A DNA stretch of 24,000 bases from Candidatus Wolframiiraptor gerlachensis (GTDB taxonomy: Archaea; Thermoproteota; Nitrososphaeria_A; Caldarchaeales; Wolframiiraptoraceae): assembly GCA_021323375.2 (NCBI GenBank), contig JAJPCT020000018.1:18307-42306 (forward strand), given 5' to 3'. The position numbers and the translations under genes were made by a program. The notes beneath the pieces were generated by a model that made no database searches, had not been told where the DNA came from, and saw only the letters and a program-made list of their open reading frames with translations. The stretch's first letter is position 1. The number at the start of each line of letters is the position of its first letter. Of the stretch, positions 15,848 through 24,000 are shown in pieces.

Positions 15848-15855
15848 TTTATATC
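15848..15855 (+). promoter_or_regulatory. TATA-like box (tttatatc) for the GlcD-like gene
   Basis: It lies 31-38 nt upstream of GTG 15886, consistent with a leaderless or near-leaderless transcript separate from the kinase gene. Confidence 0.4.
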
Positions 15856-15885
15856 ATCTTGCTTGCCTTTGTCTAGGCTGATAGG

Positions 15886-17274
15886 GTGAGTGGAGGAGTG
15901 GGGCGGGAGATTATAGAGGAGCTCAAATCAATTGTAGGGGATGAATGGGTTGTATCCGCTAGGGAGGCTATCGAGGGATACTTGTACGATGAGACCCCAA
16001 TACCTATTAGGCCTGAGGCATGCGATGATGTTGTTGTGGTTAAGCCTGGCTGCTCTGAGGAGGTGTCGAGAATACTTCAGCTCGCGAATAAGTATCTGAT
16101 TCCGGTGTTCCCTAGAGGCGGTGGGACGGGTCTTGCTGGGGCATGCATTCCAACTATGAGCGGGATAATTTTGTCGCTTGAGCGGATGAATAAGATCATC
16201 GTTGATACTGATAATTTGATGGCTGAGGCCGAGGCTGGGGCGACGCTTAAGGACCTTATCGAGGCCGCGGATAGGGCGGGCTTATCCTTCCCGCTTCATC
16301 CAGGTGATGAGGGTGCTCAGATCGGCGGATTGATAGCGTGTAACGCTGGTGGTGCTAGGGCGATTAAAACCGGGGTAATGAGGAACTGCGTCAAGGGGAT
16401 TGAGGTTGTCCTGCCGACGGGTGAGATAATTAGGCTGGGTGGAAAGGTTCTGAAGAATAATGTCGGCTATGACTTAATGCACTTGATTATCGGTAGTGAG
16501 GGGACGCTGGGAGTGATAACCAAGGCTTGGATAAGGCTTCAGCCTAGGGATATTGCCTCCGCCACGATAGTCATCCCGTTTGAGAGGAGGGAACAGGCTC
16601 TGGGAATAGTTCCAAAGATATTCAAGGAGGGGATAGTGCCCCTGGCCGTGGAGTATGTTGAGAGGAATCTTGTCGAGATGGTTGCGAGGAGCCTTGGGCT
16701 TAAATGGCCATGCGCCTCGGCGGAATACCAGCTGATCGTCATTCTGTCTGAGACCTCCGAGGACGCGCTTCTTGGCGCCCTAGAGAGGCTTCTCAATCTC
16801 TGTGAGAAGTCTGGTGCCCTTGAGCCGGTGGTAGCTGAGACGAGGAAGGAGCAGGATGAGATCCTGAAGATTAGGAGCGAGATCTATTCCACCCTCAAGC
16901 CTAACATGGTTGATATACTGGATGCAACCGTCCCTCCCGCCAGATTGATAGACTTAATAGAGAAGGTGAATGAGCTTGAGAAGAAATATGGCGTCTACAT
17001 GCCCGTTTATGGACATGCTGGGGATGGGAATCTACACGTGCATCTAATGAAGTGGGATGGATGGACTGATGAAAGATATGATGAGCTTAGGAGAGTAATT
17101 TATGCTAAGGCCCTCGAGCTCGGAGGGACGATAACCGGGGAGCATGGCATAGGATATGTTAGGAGAAAGTATGTTGAGATGGTGCTAGATAGAAAATCAG
17201 TCGAGCTCATGAGGGAGATTAAGAGGATCTTTGACCCGAATAACATATTGAATCCTGATAAAGTTCTACCATGA
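15886..17274 (+). CDS. FAD-binding oxidoreductase of the GlcD / D-lactate dehydrogenase (LctD-like, PCMH/FAD-linked oxidase) family
   Basis: 462 aa. N-terminal IIEELKSIVG. FAD-binding motif VFPRGGGTGLAGA. GSEGTLGVITKAWIRL. C-terminal GGTITGEHGIGYVRRKY and DPNNILNPDKV, all typical of GlcD/D-LDH flavoenzymes. GTG start. Confidence 0.8.
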   Translation: MSGGVGREIIEELKSIVGDEWVVSAREAIEGYLYDETPIPIRPEACDDVVVVKPGCSEEVSRILQLANKYLIPVFPRGGGTGLAGACIPTMSGIILSLERMNKIIVDTDNLMAEAEAGATLKDLIEAADRAGLSFPLHPGDEGAQIGGLIACNAGGARAIKTGVMRNCVKGIEVVLPTGEIIRLGGKVLKNNVGYDLMHLIIGSEGTLGVITKAWIRLQPRDIASATIVIPFERREQALGIVPKIFKEGIVPLAVEYVERNLVEMVARSLGLKWPCASAEYQLIVILSETSEDALLGALERLLNLCEKSGALEPVVAETRKEQDEILKIRSEIYSTLKPNMVDILDATVPPARLIDLIEKVNELEKKYGVYMPVYGHAGDGNLHVHLMKWDGWTDERYDELRRVIYAKALELGGTITGEHGIGYVRRKYVEMVLDRKSVELMREIKRIFDPNNILNPDKVLP

Positions 17275-17286
17275 GTAGTAAGCGCT

Positions 17287-19059
17287 TCACATGCTCGAAC
17301 TTCTCTTGATGATGTTATCGAATTCTTTAAGCGCCTCCTCAAGGTATTCTCTCGAGATCCTTCCAAGCGGGGTCGGCGTCTCGATTATTCTCCTCGGTAT
17401 TCTTAGACCGCTTGCCCTGAAGCCCTCCTCCCATTTCAGCCTTTGCTTCTCGAAGTATATCTCCCTACCAAGCCTCTTGAGATCTTCTGGAGAGTAATCA
17501 TAGCCGAGGCTTCTCAATGCCTCAGAGACGAGGTTCTCGTCATAGACTCCCCTCGCGAAGAGGCATAATACGAGTGATGTGAGGATCTGCCTCCAAGCCT
17601 CCTCCTCAATGATCCTCTGAACCGCTTCTCGTGGGCTGGGCAGCCTCTCACCCAAGGAGAATATTTTCTGGTCTAGGGAGTATGCGCCGGAGTCTAGGTG
17701 CGAGTGTCTGAACCCTATTGCGAGGGAGATGAAGAATAATGGGCCGGTCAGATATCCGGCTGGCTCAATCCTGTTAAAGGCCATGGCGAAGTCCTCTCCA
17801 CCATATCTTCTAGCCGCCTCCTCGACGCCCATCGCGAGGACCTTATAGAACTCGTTGGGTTGACTCACGATGTTCTCTATGGCCGCCATGTAGCCCCTCC
17901 AATCGCCCCACTTGAGATCCACAAGCGTCTCGGATTTCGTGATTAGGCCGCGCTCGAGGGCCTCCGTCGCCCATGCTAGGATGACTCCAGTGGAGATCGC
18001 GTCAAGACCCCAGTCCTCCACCGCTTTAAAGAGCTTGAGGAGGCCGAATCTATCCCTGACCCCGAGGTTCGTGCCGAGAGCATAGATGGGTTCATAGTCA
18101 TATGAGATGAACTCGGTCTTATACATGAACCTCTCATCCTCATATTCCTCTCTTATGGCTGCGAGGTGTATGCAGGCGACGGGGCATGCTGAGCAGGCGA
18201 CCCTGCGCGCGAGCACGTTCTCAACTAAGGCCTCACCACTAATCTCCTCAGCCGCATCAAACCTGCCCGAGCTGAAGTTCTTCGTGGGCAGGGCCCCTAT
18301 CGCGTTGAGAACAAGCACGTTCTCTGCTGTTCCGAGGTCATGGTATTTTTTGGTCTTCGGGCCCTTGGCGAGATCATAGATCTTCTTATAGATATCCCGA
18401 TAACGCCTCATGTCCGGGAATCTGTAGACCTTTTCCGGGGCTACGACTATGGCCTTGAGCTTCTTGGAGCCGAAGACGGCGCCGAGGCCCATCCTCCCGA
18501 AGTGGCGGAAAGTCTCAACCATGACCATAGCATATCTCACCAGCTTCTCTCCAGCCCCACCTATCCTAAGAATACTCCTCATTCCGGCTCCCGGGGTAAT
18601 CTCTCTGAGAATTCTCCCGACGGTCTCGGCGCTTCTAACACCCCAGAGAGCGCTCGCATCTCTAAACCTCACTCGATCATGCTCTATCACGAGATATACC
18701 GGCCTCTCGCTCACACCTCTTATCACGATCGCGCCATATCCCGCGAACCTTATTGCTAAAGCCGACCTCCCGCCCGCATGGGACTCCGCGAAATAGCCGT
18801 TTAAAGGAGACTTGAAGACCGCAACAGTCTTTGACGCCATCGGAAATACTCCCGTTAATGGGCCGACGGCGAATATTATCGCGTTCTCCGGGCTCAGCGG
18901 GTCGGCGCCCCTCGGGACCTCCTCCTTATAGAGCTGGGCCGCCACACCTATTCCGCCAAGCCATCTACTGAAGAGGTCTTCACGATCCTCAACCCAATAC
19001 CTCTTCCTAGCCAGGTCCACGTAAAGCACTCTTGAAAGCGTCCTCACCCAGTATGACAT
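17287..19059 (-). CDS. aor: Aldehyde:ferredoxin oxidoreductase family protein (AOR 2, WOR-like paralogue)
   Basis: 590 aa. GGIGVAAQLY, SPENAIIFAVGPLTG, KSPLNGYFAESHAGG, [4Fe-4S] motif CSACPVAC, WGLDAISTG. Strongly diverged from AOR 1. Its ATG lies inside the last 16 nt of the upstream polyferredoxin gene. Confidence 0.8.
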   Translation of the reverse strand: MSYWVRTLSRVLYVDLARKRYWVEDREDLFSRWLGGIGVAAQLYKEEVPRGADPLSPENAIIFAVGPLTGVFPMASKTVAVFKSPLNGYFAESHAGGRSALAIRFAGYGAIVIRGVSERPVYLVIEHDRVRFRDASALWGVRSAETVGRILREITPGAGMRSILRIGGAGEKLVRYAMVMVETFRHFGRMGLGAVFGSKKLKAIVVAPEKVYRFPDMRRYRDIYKKIYDLAKGPKTKKYHDLGTAENVLVLNAIGALPTKNFSSGRFDAAEEISGEALVENVLARRVACSACPVACIHLAAIREEYEDERFMYKTEFISYDYEPIYALGTNLGVRDRFGLLKLFKAVEDWGLDAISTGVILAWATEALERGLITKSETLVDLKWGDWRGYMAAIENIVSQPNEFYKVLAMGVEEAARRYGGEDFAMAFNRIEPAGYLTGPLFFISLAIGFRHSHLDSGAYSLDQKIFSLGERLPSPREAVQRIIEEEAWRQILTSLVLCLFARGVYDENLVSEALRSLGYDYSPEDLKRLGREIYFEKQRLKWEEGFRASGLRIPRRIIETPTPLGRISREYLEEALKEFDNIIKRSSSM

Positions 19060-19484
19060 ACAACCTCCACCTCTTGGAGCCTTATCACCTTATGGGGGCA
19101 GAACTGGGCACAGTATCCGCAGTATACGCAGATTATGGGCTTCCCAGTCTCTTCATCCATCCATATCGCGCCTATATCGCATGCCTCGGCGCAGTGGCCG
19201 CAACCATTACATCGCTCGGGTTTCAGGAGGACTCCTCCGCCGGGCCTCGGGATCAACGCATCCTCGGGACATACTCTGGCACATGGTGGATCCAAGCATG
19301 CCCTACAGACGATAACCGTGAAGCCCCGCTCAACACCACCAGCACTGCGAACCTTGATTGCCGACTTCTCATACCCGGCGAAGCCAAGCCTCCTAGAGCA
19401 GGCGAGCATGCAGAGCTGGCACCCAACACACCTATTCGCATCAAGAACTGCTAACCTCTTAACCAAGCAAATAACCCTCAACAA
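19044..19484 (-). CDS. Polyferredoxin with four [4Fe-4S] binding motifs, probable electron-transfer subunit of AOR 2
   Basis: 146 aa with 16 motif cysteines: CVGCQLCMLAC, CRACLDPPCARVCP, CNGCGHCAEAC, CVYCGYCAQFCP. TTG start at 19484, or TTG six codons downstream. ctttaaaca (19501-19509) provides a TATA-like box on the minus strand. Confidence 0.8.
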   Translation of the reverse strand: MLRVICLVKRLAVLDANRCVGCQLCMLACSRRLGFAGYEKSAIKVRSAGGVERGFTVIVCRACLDPPCARVCPEDALIPRPGGGVLLKPERCNGCGHCAEACDIGAIWMDEETGKPIICVYCGYCAQFCPHKVIRLQEVEVVCHTG

Positions 19485-19745
19485 CTAAATGATCCGCCAG
19501 CTTTAAACATTTCCAGATGATCACCACGATACACACTCATCGGGATAAGTCCAATAGAGATAAAACTTTACAGTTTCGGCGATAACTAGTTTCACAACAA
19601 TAGGCTTGCAGCTAAGAATCGTTTATGACGTCGCATCACCTGCTTTAACATCCACCCGAGAGTATCCCCCATCATATTCATGCCTAGGTTATCGTGGGGG
19701 TTTAGTTTAGATTAAAATGCGCCGAGGATATTTTCTATCGTAGCC

Positions 19746-22025
19746 GTGAGAGGGATGGAGTTGCTCGCGGAGGTTGCGCGGAGGCTTGAGGAGGCTGTTA
19801 GGTCGAATCATCGGGTCCTAGTATACTTGGTGAACGAGTGTGTTCAACGCGGCATCTTCAAGTCAATCTTGGATCAGTTCATCGGCGTCAGGGATAATCC
19901 CCGGATCCTACTCGCGTATAGGGAGAGGGGGGATTTGATGACGAGGATGCTGATCAACGAGATGCAGGGGGTGAGGTTCAGCGAGGTAAATTATGATGAT
20001 GTTGAGAAGATTCTTGGGACGACATGGGACGCCGTCATAATGGATGTTAATCGGCAGATGAGGCCGAATGACCTCGGGATACTCGTCGAGGTGGTAAGGG
20101 GCGGCGGGATGGTGATGATGATCGGGCCATCAGCCCGGGAGATCGACTCATGGTTAACCGACTTCCATCTGAAGTGCGTGACGCCGCCATTCGAGGTAAA
20201 GGATCTGGTGAAGAGGTTTGAGAGGAGGATGTTCTCGAAGACGATCGGGAGGTCCGGCGTCATCTACATAGACCCTGACGGCGAGGTGGCTTTTGGCGAC
20301 ATCCCGTCACCCCAGCCTAGGATTATCACGGAGCCCTTCGGCACAATCTTCCCGCGAGAGATCTATGAGCTCTGCATCACGAATGATCAGATTCTTGCCT
20401 TGAAGGCTATTGAGAAGCTCCTGCCGAAGAGGAGATGGGCCCTCATCTTAAAGGCTAATCGTGGGAGGGGTAAGTCAGCGGTCCTAGGCCTCATAGCTGC
20501 ATGCCTAATAATAGGAAGGAGGAAGAGGAGGTTCAAGGATATACTCGTGACATCGCCAGAACCCGAGAATGTTCAGATGGTCTTTGAATTTGCTTGTAGG
20601 GGGCTGGATAGGATTGGCGTGGAGTATGATCTTAGGGAGCGGCAGGGCCTACCAATAGAGCTGGAGTGCAAGTTCACGAGGATGTTCTATAGAAGACCTC
20701 TATCAGCATTGAATGCGAAGGCTGGGATAGCTCTGATAGATGAGGCGGCTGGAATACCTGTCCCAATACTCCTCGGCTTCAAGAAGAGGTTCTGGAGGGC
20801 GATCTACTCCTCGACGATACATGGCTATGAGGGTGCCGGCAGGGGGTTCATGGTAAGACTTCTCACGAGGCTTAGAAAGGAGTTCCGCCAAGACTTTATG
20901 GAGCTGGAGATGAAGGAGCCGATAAGATATAGCAATGGGGATCCGGTTGAGTCATGGCTCTACGACGTACTCCTTCTCGACTCCGAACCGGCGATCCTAG
21001 ACCCGGATGAGCTAGAACTAAGGCCCGAGGAATGCGAGTACACGGAGCTTGACAAAGATAAGCTGTTCATGGAGAATGAGCATATCCTGAGGCAGCTTAT
21101 AGGTCTCTATGTCCTAACGCATTATAGGAACAGGCCGAATGATGTCGCTATGCTAGCGAACTCGCCGCATCACATGATCCGGGCGCTGCTCTCGCCGAAC
21201 GGCAAGGTGCTCGCAGCCCTCCATCTCTGTCTCGAAGGCGATCTATCGGATGAGCTGCTACGAGAGATTGAGACCCTGCCAAAGGGCCACATGATACCAT
21301 CGGTGATAAGCAGATACTATCCATACATGAAGAGCTTTGGGAGGCTTAGGGGCTTAAGGGTCGTGAGGATAGCAGTCCACCCATCACTATGGGGACGAGG
21401 CTTCGGCTCCCATATTCTCCAGAAACTCAGCGAGGAGTTCAGGCAGAAGGGCTTCGACTGGGTTGGAGCAGGATTCGGCGCGAGCCCGCAGCTACTACGC
21501 TTCTGGTTCAAGAACGACTTCTATCCCGTGGCGATAGGGCCGCTCAGGAACAAGGTTTCCGGGGAATTCAGTGTGATAGTTGTGAAGCCGTTAACCCCGA
21601 AGGCTGAGAGATTCGTCGAGGAGCTCGGGAGAGAGTTCAGGCTCAGGTTGATAAACGGCCTCTCGGACCCATACTTCGACATGGATCTTGAGACTGCTTG
21701 GATACTATTATCTAAGACAGCCGGCAGCTATAGGCCAAGACCATATTTCAGGGGCTCTCAGAAGATGAGGCTTGAATCCTACCTGAAAGAATATGTAAAT
21801 TATGAGGGCGCATCCGACGCGATCAAGTGTCTCGTTGAGGCCCACTTCCTATCAACGAAGAACAAGAGGATTGGGCTCTCAGAGAAGGCCGAGAAGCTCC
21901 TGATAGCGAAGACGCTTCAGGGGAGAAGATGGGATCAGATAGGCAAGATACTTAAAGAGAAGCCGGAGGACCTAATAAGCCTGATGAGGGAGACGGTCAT
22001 CAAGCTCTCGGAACATTATCTATAG
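19746..22025 (+). CDS. tmcA: tRNA(Met) cytidine acetyltransferase TmcA (archaeal Nat10/Kre33 homologue; helicase + GNAT)
   Basis: 759 aa. DUF1726-like N-terminus. Walker A LKANRGRGKSAVLG. IALIDEAAGIP (Walker B-like). GNAT acetyl-CoA motif RIAVHPSLWGRGFGSHIL. C-terminal tRNA-binding-like tail. GTG 19746 (or ATG 19755), with tttagattaaaat about 28-40 nt upstream. Confidence 0.85.
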   Translation: MRGMELLAEVARRLEEAVRSNHRVLVYLVNECVQRGIFKSILDQFIGVRDNPRILLAYRERGDLMTRMLINEMQGVRFSEVNYDDVEKILGTTWDAVIMDVNRQMRPNDLGILVEVVRGGGMVMMIGPSAREIDSWLTDFHLKCVTPPFEVKDLVKRFERRMFSKTIGRSGVIYIDPDGEVAFGDIPSPQPRIITEPFGTIFPREIYELCITNDQILALKAIEKLLPKRRWALILKANRGRGKSAVLGLIAACLIIGRRKRRFKDILVTSPEPENVQMVFEFACRGLDRIGVEYDLRERQGLPIELECKFTRMFYRRPLSALNAKAGIALIDEAAGIPVPILLGFKKRFWRAIYSSTIHGYEGAGRGFMVRLLTRLRKEFRQDFMELEMKEPIRYSNGDPVESWLYDVLLLDSEPAILDPDELELRPEECEYTELDKDKLFMENEHILRQLIGLYVLTHYRNRPNDVAMLANSPHHMIRALLSPNGKVLAALHLCLEGDLSDELLREIETLPKGHMIPSVISRYYPYMKSFGRLRGLRVVRIAVHPSLWGRGFGSHILQKLSEEFRQKGFDWVGAGFGASPQLLRFWFKNDFYPVAIGPLRNKVSGEFSVIVVKPLTPKAERFVEELGREFRLRLINGLSDPYFDMDLETAWILLSKTAGSYRPRPYFRGSQKMRLESYLKEYVNYEGASDAIKCLVEAHFLSTKNKRIGLSEKAEKLLIAKTLQGRRWDQIGKILKEKPEDLISLMRETVIKLSEHYL

Positions 22026-22187
22026 CCTCTTTCACCAAGAAATTCTTGGCCAAAGCCGTCCTAATGCCTTGGATGAATGATTTACGTGAATGTGCACTGG
22101 ATGTGATGTACCTCAATAGTCTATGTATGAAACTATAGATTATGGAGGGATGATATTTATTGTGATAACACGAGCTCGTAATGGGCT

Positions 22188-23225
22188 TTGGATACAGCAA
22201 CAATCGCGCTAGGAATAGGCTATTTTCTTTCCTTCTTAATGGCGGTAGCTCTAGGTGGAAATGATGCCGCAACACCATGTGATACCTCTGTCGGCGCTAG
22301 GGTTATCTCGATTAAGAACGCGCTCATCCTCTTCGCGATCTTCACGAGCATTGGCGCGCTGACGCAGGGATACATGGTAATGAAGACTATCGGCAGGGGC
22401 ATAGTGCCGGCAATAGACCTGCTCGGAGTCCTAATAACGGTCTCGGTAGCATTCGCATGGATAATGTTCTGTAACTTCTATGGCCTCGAGATCTCCGTCA
22501 CCCACTCGATAACAGGCGCCGTCCTAGGCTACGGGATCGCGGCTTATGGCCTCGGCCGCGTCAACTGGAGCCTCATGACAAACATAGTCGTGAGCTGGAT
22601 AGCATCACCCTTATTCGCGATGCTCATGGCATACTCTGTCTACAAGCTTCTAGCGCGCATGATAAGAGAGAAAAACTCGCTGGCCTCAAGGACGATGCCC
22701 ATTCTTCTCATAGCAGCCCTCTGCTACTCGGCCTACGCGTTTGGCACGAATGATATAGCTAATGCCACGGGCGTCTACGTGACGATAAGCCAGATAGTCT
22801 TCGGGGGACTGCCGGAGCAGAACATAATGTTCATCCTCGCGGCGTTTGGGAGCATCGGCGTGGCTACTGGAGGCTTCCTCCTCGGAGCCAGGGTCATCGG
22901 GACCGTAGCCTTCAGGATAACTAGGCTCGACCCGGTTTCGGGATTCGCGGCCGAGCTAGCTAACGCCTTCATAGTACACATGTTCACAACAATACCATAC
23001 ATGATCATCGGCTATGGTATACCGATCTCAACATCAATCGCCGGCGTAGGCGCCGTGATAGGAGTCGGCCTCGCCATGTACAGGTCGGCGGGCGTGAATA
23101 AGAGGACTGTTCTAAAGCTTTTCATGGCCTGGGTTGGGACCGTCACAGTCACGGCCGCCGCAAGCTACATGCTCTACACGCTCATCGCGCCGGTAACAGG
23201 TCCCATACTTGAACCAAAAACTTAA
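22188..23225 (+). CDS. pit: Inorganic phosphate transporter, PiT family
   Basis: 345 aa polytopic membrane protein with the duplicated PiT signature (GGNDAATP near the N-terminus and GTNDIANATG in the second half). TTG start with atatttat (22153-22160) about 30 nt upstream. Confidence 0.85.
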   Translation: MDTATIALGIGYFLSFLMAVALGGNDAATPCDTSVGARVISIKNALILFAIFTSIGALTQGYMVMKTIGRGIVPAIDLLGVLITVSVAFAWIMFCNFYGLEISVTHSITGAVLGYGIAAYGLGRVNWSLMTNIVVSWIASPLFAMLMAYSVYKLLARMIREKNSLASRTMPILLIAALCYSAYAFGTNDIANATGVYVTISQIVFGGLPEQNIMFILAAFGSIGVATGGFLLGARVIGTVAFRITRLDPVSGFAAELANAFIVHMFTTIPYMIIGYGIPISTSIAGVGAVIGVGLAMYRSAGVNKRTVLKLFMAWVGTVTVTAAASYMLYTLIAPVTGPILEPKT

Positions 23226-23268
23226 TTATAATCAGAGTTAGGGAGATCATGTAAGATCCTCGGAGGTA

Positions 23269-23955
23269 ATGATTTTGGCGTTTAAGGGTCATCCGATGAT
23301 CTGGCTTGGGAGGAAGCGGGAGCGGGAGATGCTAAAGCTCTCTAAGCTCCACTTCGACAAGGTCGTGGAGCTTACAAAGGCCTTCAAGGAGTATATTGCA
23401 TTATACTCAAGTTGCAGACCGGAGGAGTATTCCAGCAAGTATCAGATGATATTCGAGCTCGAGAGAGAGGCGGATGAGGAGAAGGAGAGGATAATCTCGG
23501 AGGTCTCGAGGGGTCCGTTCCACCCGATTGACCGCGAGGATATAATTAGCCTAGTATTGACCGTTGATGACATCGCGGCAAACCTGAAGTCTGCCACTCG
23601 AAGGCTCCTCTACACGGATTCGAGGAATGTTCCTGAGGCTGTTAGAGGTAAGCTAGTGGGGCTTGCGGATCTCATGGTTGAGATAGTCGAGAAGCTGGGA
23701 GAAGCTTTTAACGCGCTGATAGAGGGGTCAAAGGATACGCTAAAGCTCGCCGACCTAGTTGAGCGGAAGGAGGAGGAGATAGACGAATTCAGACATGATC
23801 TGATTAATGATGTGTTGAAGTGGGGCGATTCCTCCGGGAGGCTTAGCGACGTCTTGATGGTGAAGGAAGCTGTGGAGAATATTGAAACCGCATCGGATAA
23901 GGCCGAGGATGTCGCAGACCTCATAAGAAGGATAACTGTCACGAGGATCCCATAG
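23269..23955 (+). CDS. DUF47/PhoU-like phosphate-transport regulator (Pit accessory protein)
   Basis: 228-aa all-helical, Glu/Lys-rich ORF directly downstream of pit. It has PhoU/DUF47-like features (EREADEEKERI, HPIDREDI, a four-helix-bundle repeat pattern). GGAGG lies 2 nt upstream of ATG 23269; ATG 23296 is an alternative start. Confidence 0.7.
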   Translation: MILAFKGHPMIWLGRKREREMLKLSKLHFDKVVELTKAFKEYIALYSSCRPEEYSSKYQMIFELEREADEEKERIISEVSRGPFHPIDREDIISLVLTVDDIAANLKSATRRLLYTDSRNVPEAVRGKLVGLADLMVEIVEKLGEAFNALIEGSKDTLKLADLVERKEEEIDEFRHDLINDVLKWGDSSGRLSDVLMVKEAVENIETASDKAEDVADLIRRITVTRIP

Positions 23956-24000
23956 AATTGTTGCCAGTTGCTTCTCCTACGGCTTCCTGTGCCTCCCGGA

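Noticed and set aside
19516-19538. C/D-like arrangement ATGATCA-12 nt-CTCA in the polyferredoxin/tmcA spacer
   Set aside because: Both boxes are mismatched at invariant positions. No C'/D pair follows at the proper spacing, and minus-strand candidates lack any CTGA. This is far weaker than the sRNAs at 9513-9664. It is kept only as part of a low-interest note on the region.
727-22025. Apparent enrichment of RNA-modification functions (trm56, tmcA, two C/D sRNAs, two tRNAs) as a possible dedicated island
   Set aside because: The genes are dispersed over 21 kb, separated by unrelated metabolic operons on both strands, and have independent promoters. All are core archaeal housekeeping functions, so co-occurrence is plausibly chance.
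1-24000. Scan for CRISPR repeats, long direct or inverted repeats, transposase/integrase genes, toxin-antitoxin pairs or defence-type ATPase/nuclease operons
   Set aside because: By eye I saw no periodic 24-40 nt repeats, no terminal inverted repeats and no ORFs with such signatures. Every ORF over 140 aa that does not lie antisense or out of frame within a larger called gene has a housekeeping or metabolic assignment. A computational repeat search could still find short elements I missed.
23956-24000. Possible 3' end of a minus-strand gene at the right edge
   Set aside because: Only 45 nt are available. One minus-strand frame has a stop near 23977, but nothing can be assigned from so little sequence.

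Overview
This is a gene-dense chromosomal window from an archaeon, probably a (hyper)thermophilic member of the Thermoproteota/TACK group. That placement is an inference from several things. The window encodes TFE-alpha, aTrm56 and TmcA. It carries an intron-containing tRNA and C/D-box sRNAs. A/T-rich TATA-like boxes sit about 25-30 nt upstream of starts. There are two tungsten-type aldehyde:ferredoxin oxidoreductases. Codon usage is rich in AGG/AGA/ATA, TTG/GTG starts are frequent, and gene overlaps of 1-16 nt are common. I call 20 protein-coding genes, of which one is partial at the window edge and one is a 57-aa Cys-rich ORF below the ORF-track size cutoff. I also call one frameshifted class II aldolase gene, tRNA-Val(CAC) with a 16-nt intron, tRNA-Phe(GAA), and two tandem C/D-box sRNAs that no ORF explains. 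Left to right the content is: tfe-trm56; a LarA-family racemase; tRNA-Val; a small zinc-finger ORF; a HemL-like aminotransferase; a BMP-family ABC importer (binding protein, double ATPase, fused double permease); tRNA-Phe plus two sRNAs; etfBA; AOR coupled to a FucA-like aldolase; a FucK-like kinase; a GlcD-like flavoprotein; a second AOR with a 4x[4Fe-4S] polyferredoxin; tmcA; pit plus a DUF47 regulator. I saw no CRISPR array, transposase, integrase, toxin-antitoxin pair or recognisable defence genes. The best candidate for something undescribed is metabolic. A fuculokinase/aldolase pair is wired to a tungsten AOR, a FixAB-type (bifurcating-signature) EtfAB, a GlcD/LctD-like dehydrogenase and a LarA racemase. 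Together these suggest a ferredoxin-balanced lactaldehyde to lactate to pyruvate route. All family calls rest on motifs read by eye and remembered family signatures. No database search or RNA-folding computation was possible.
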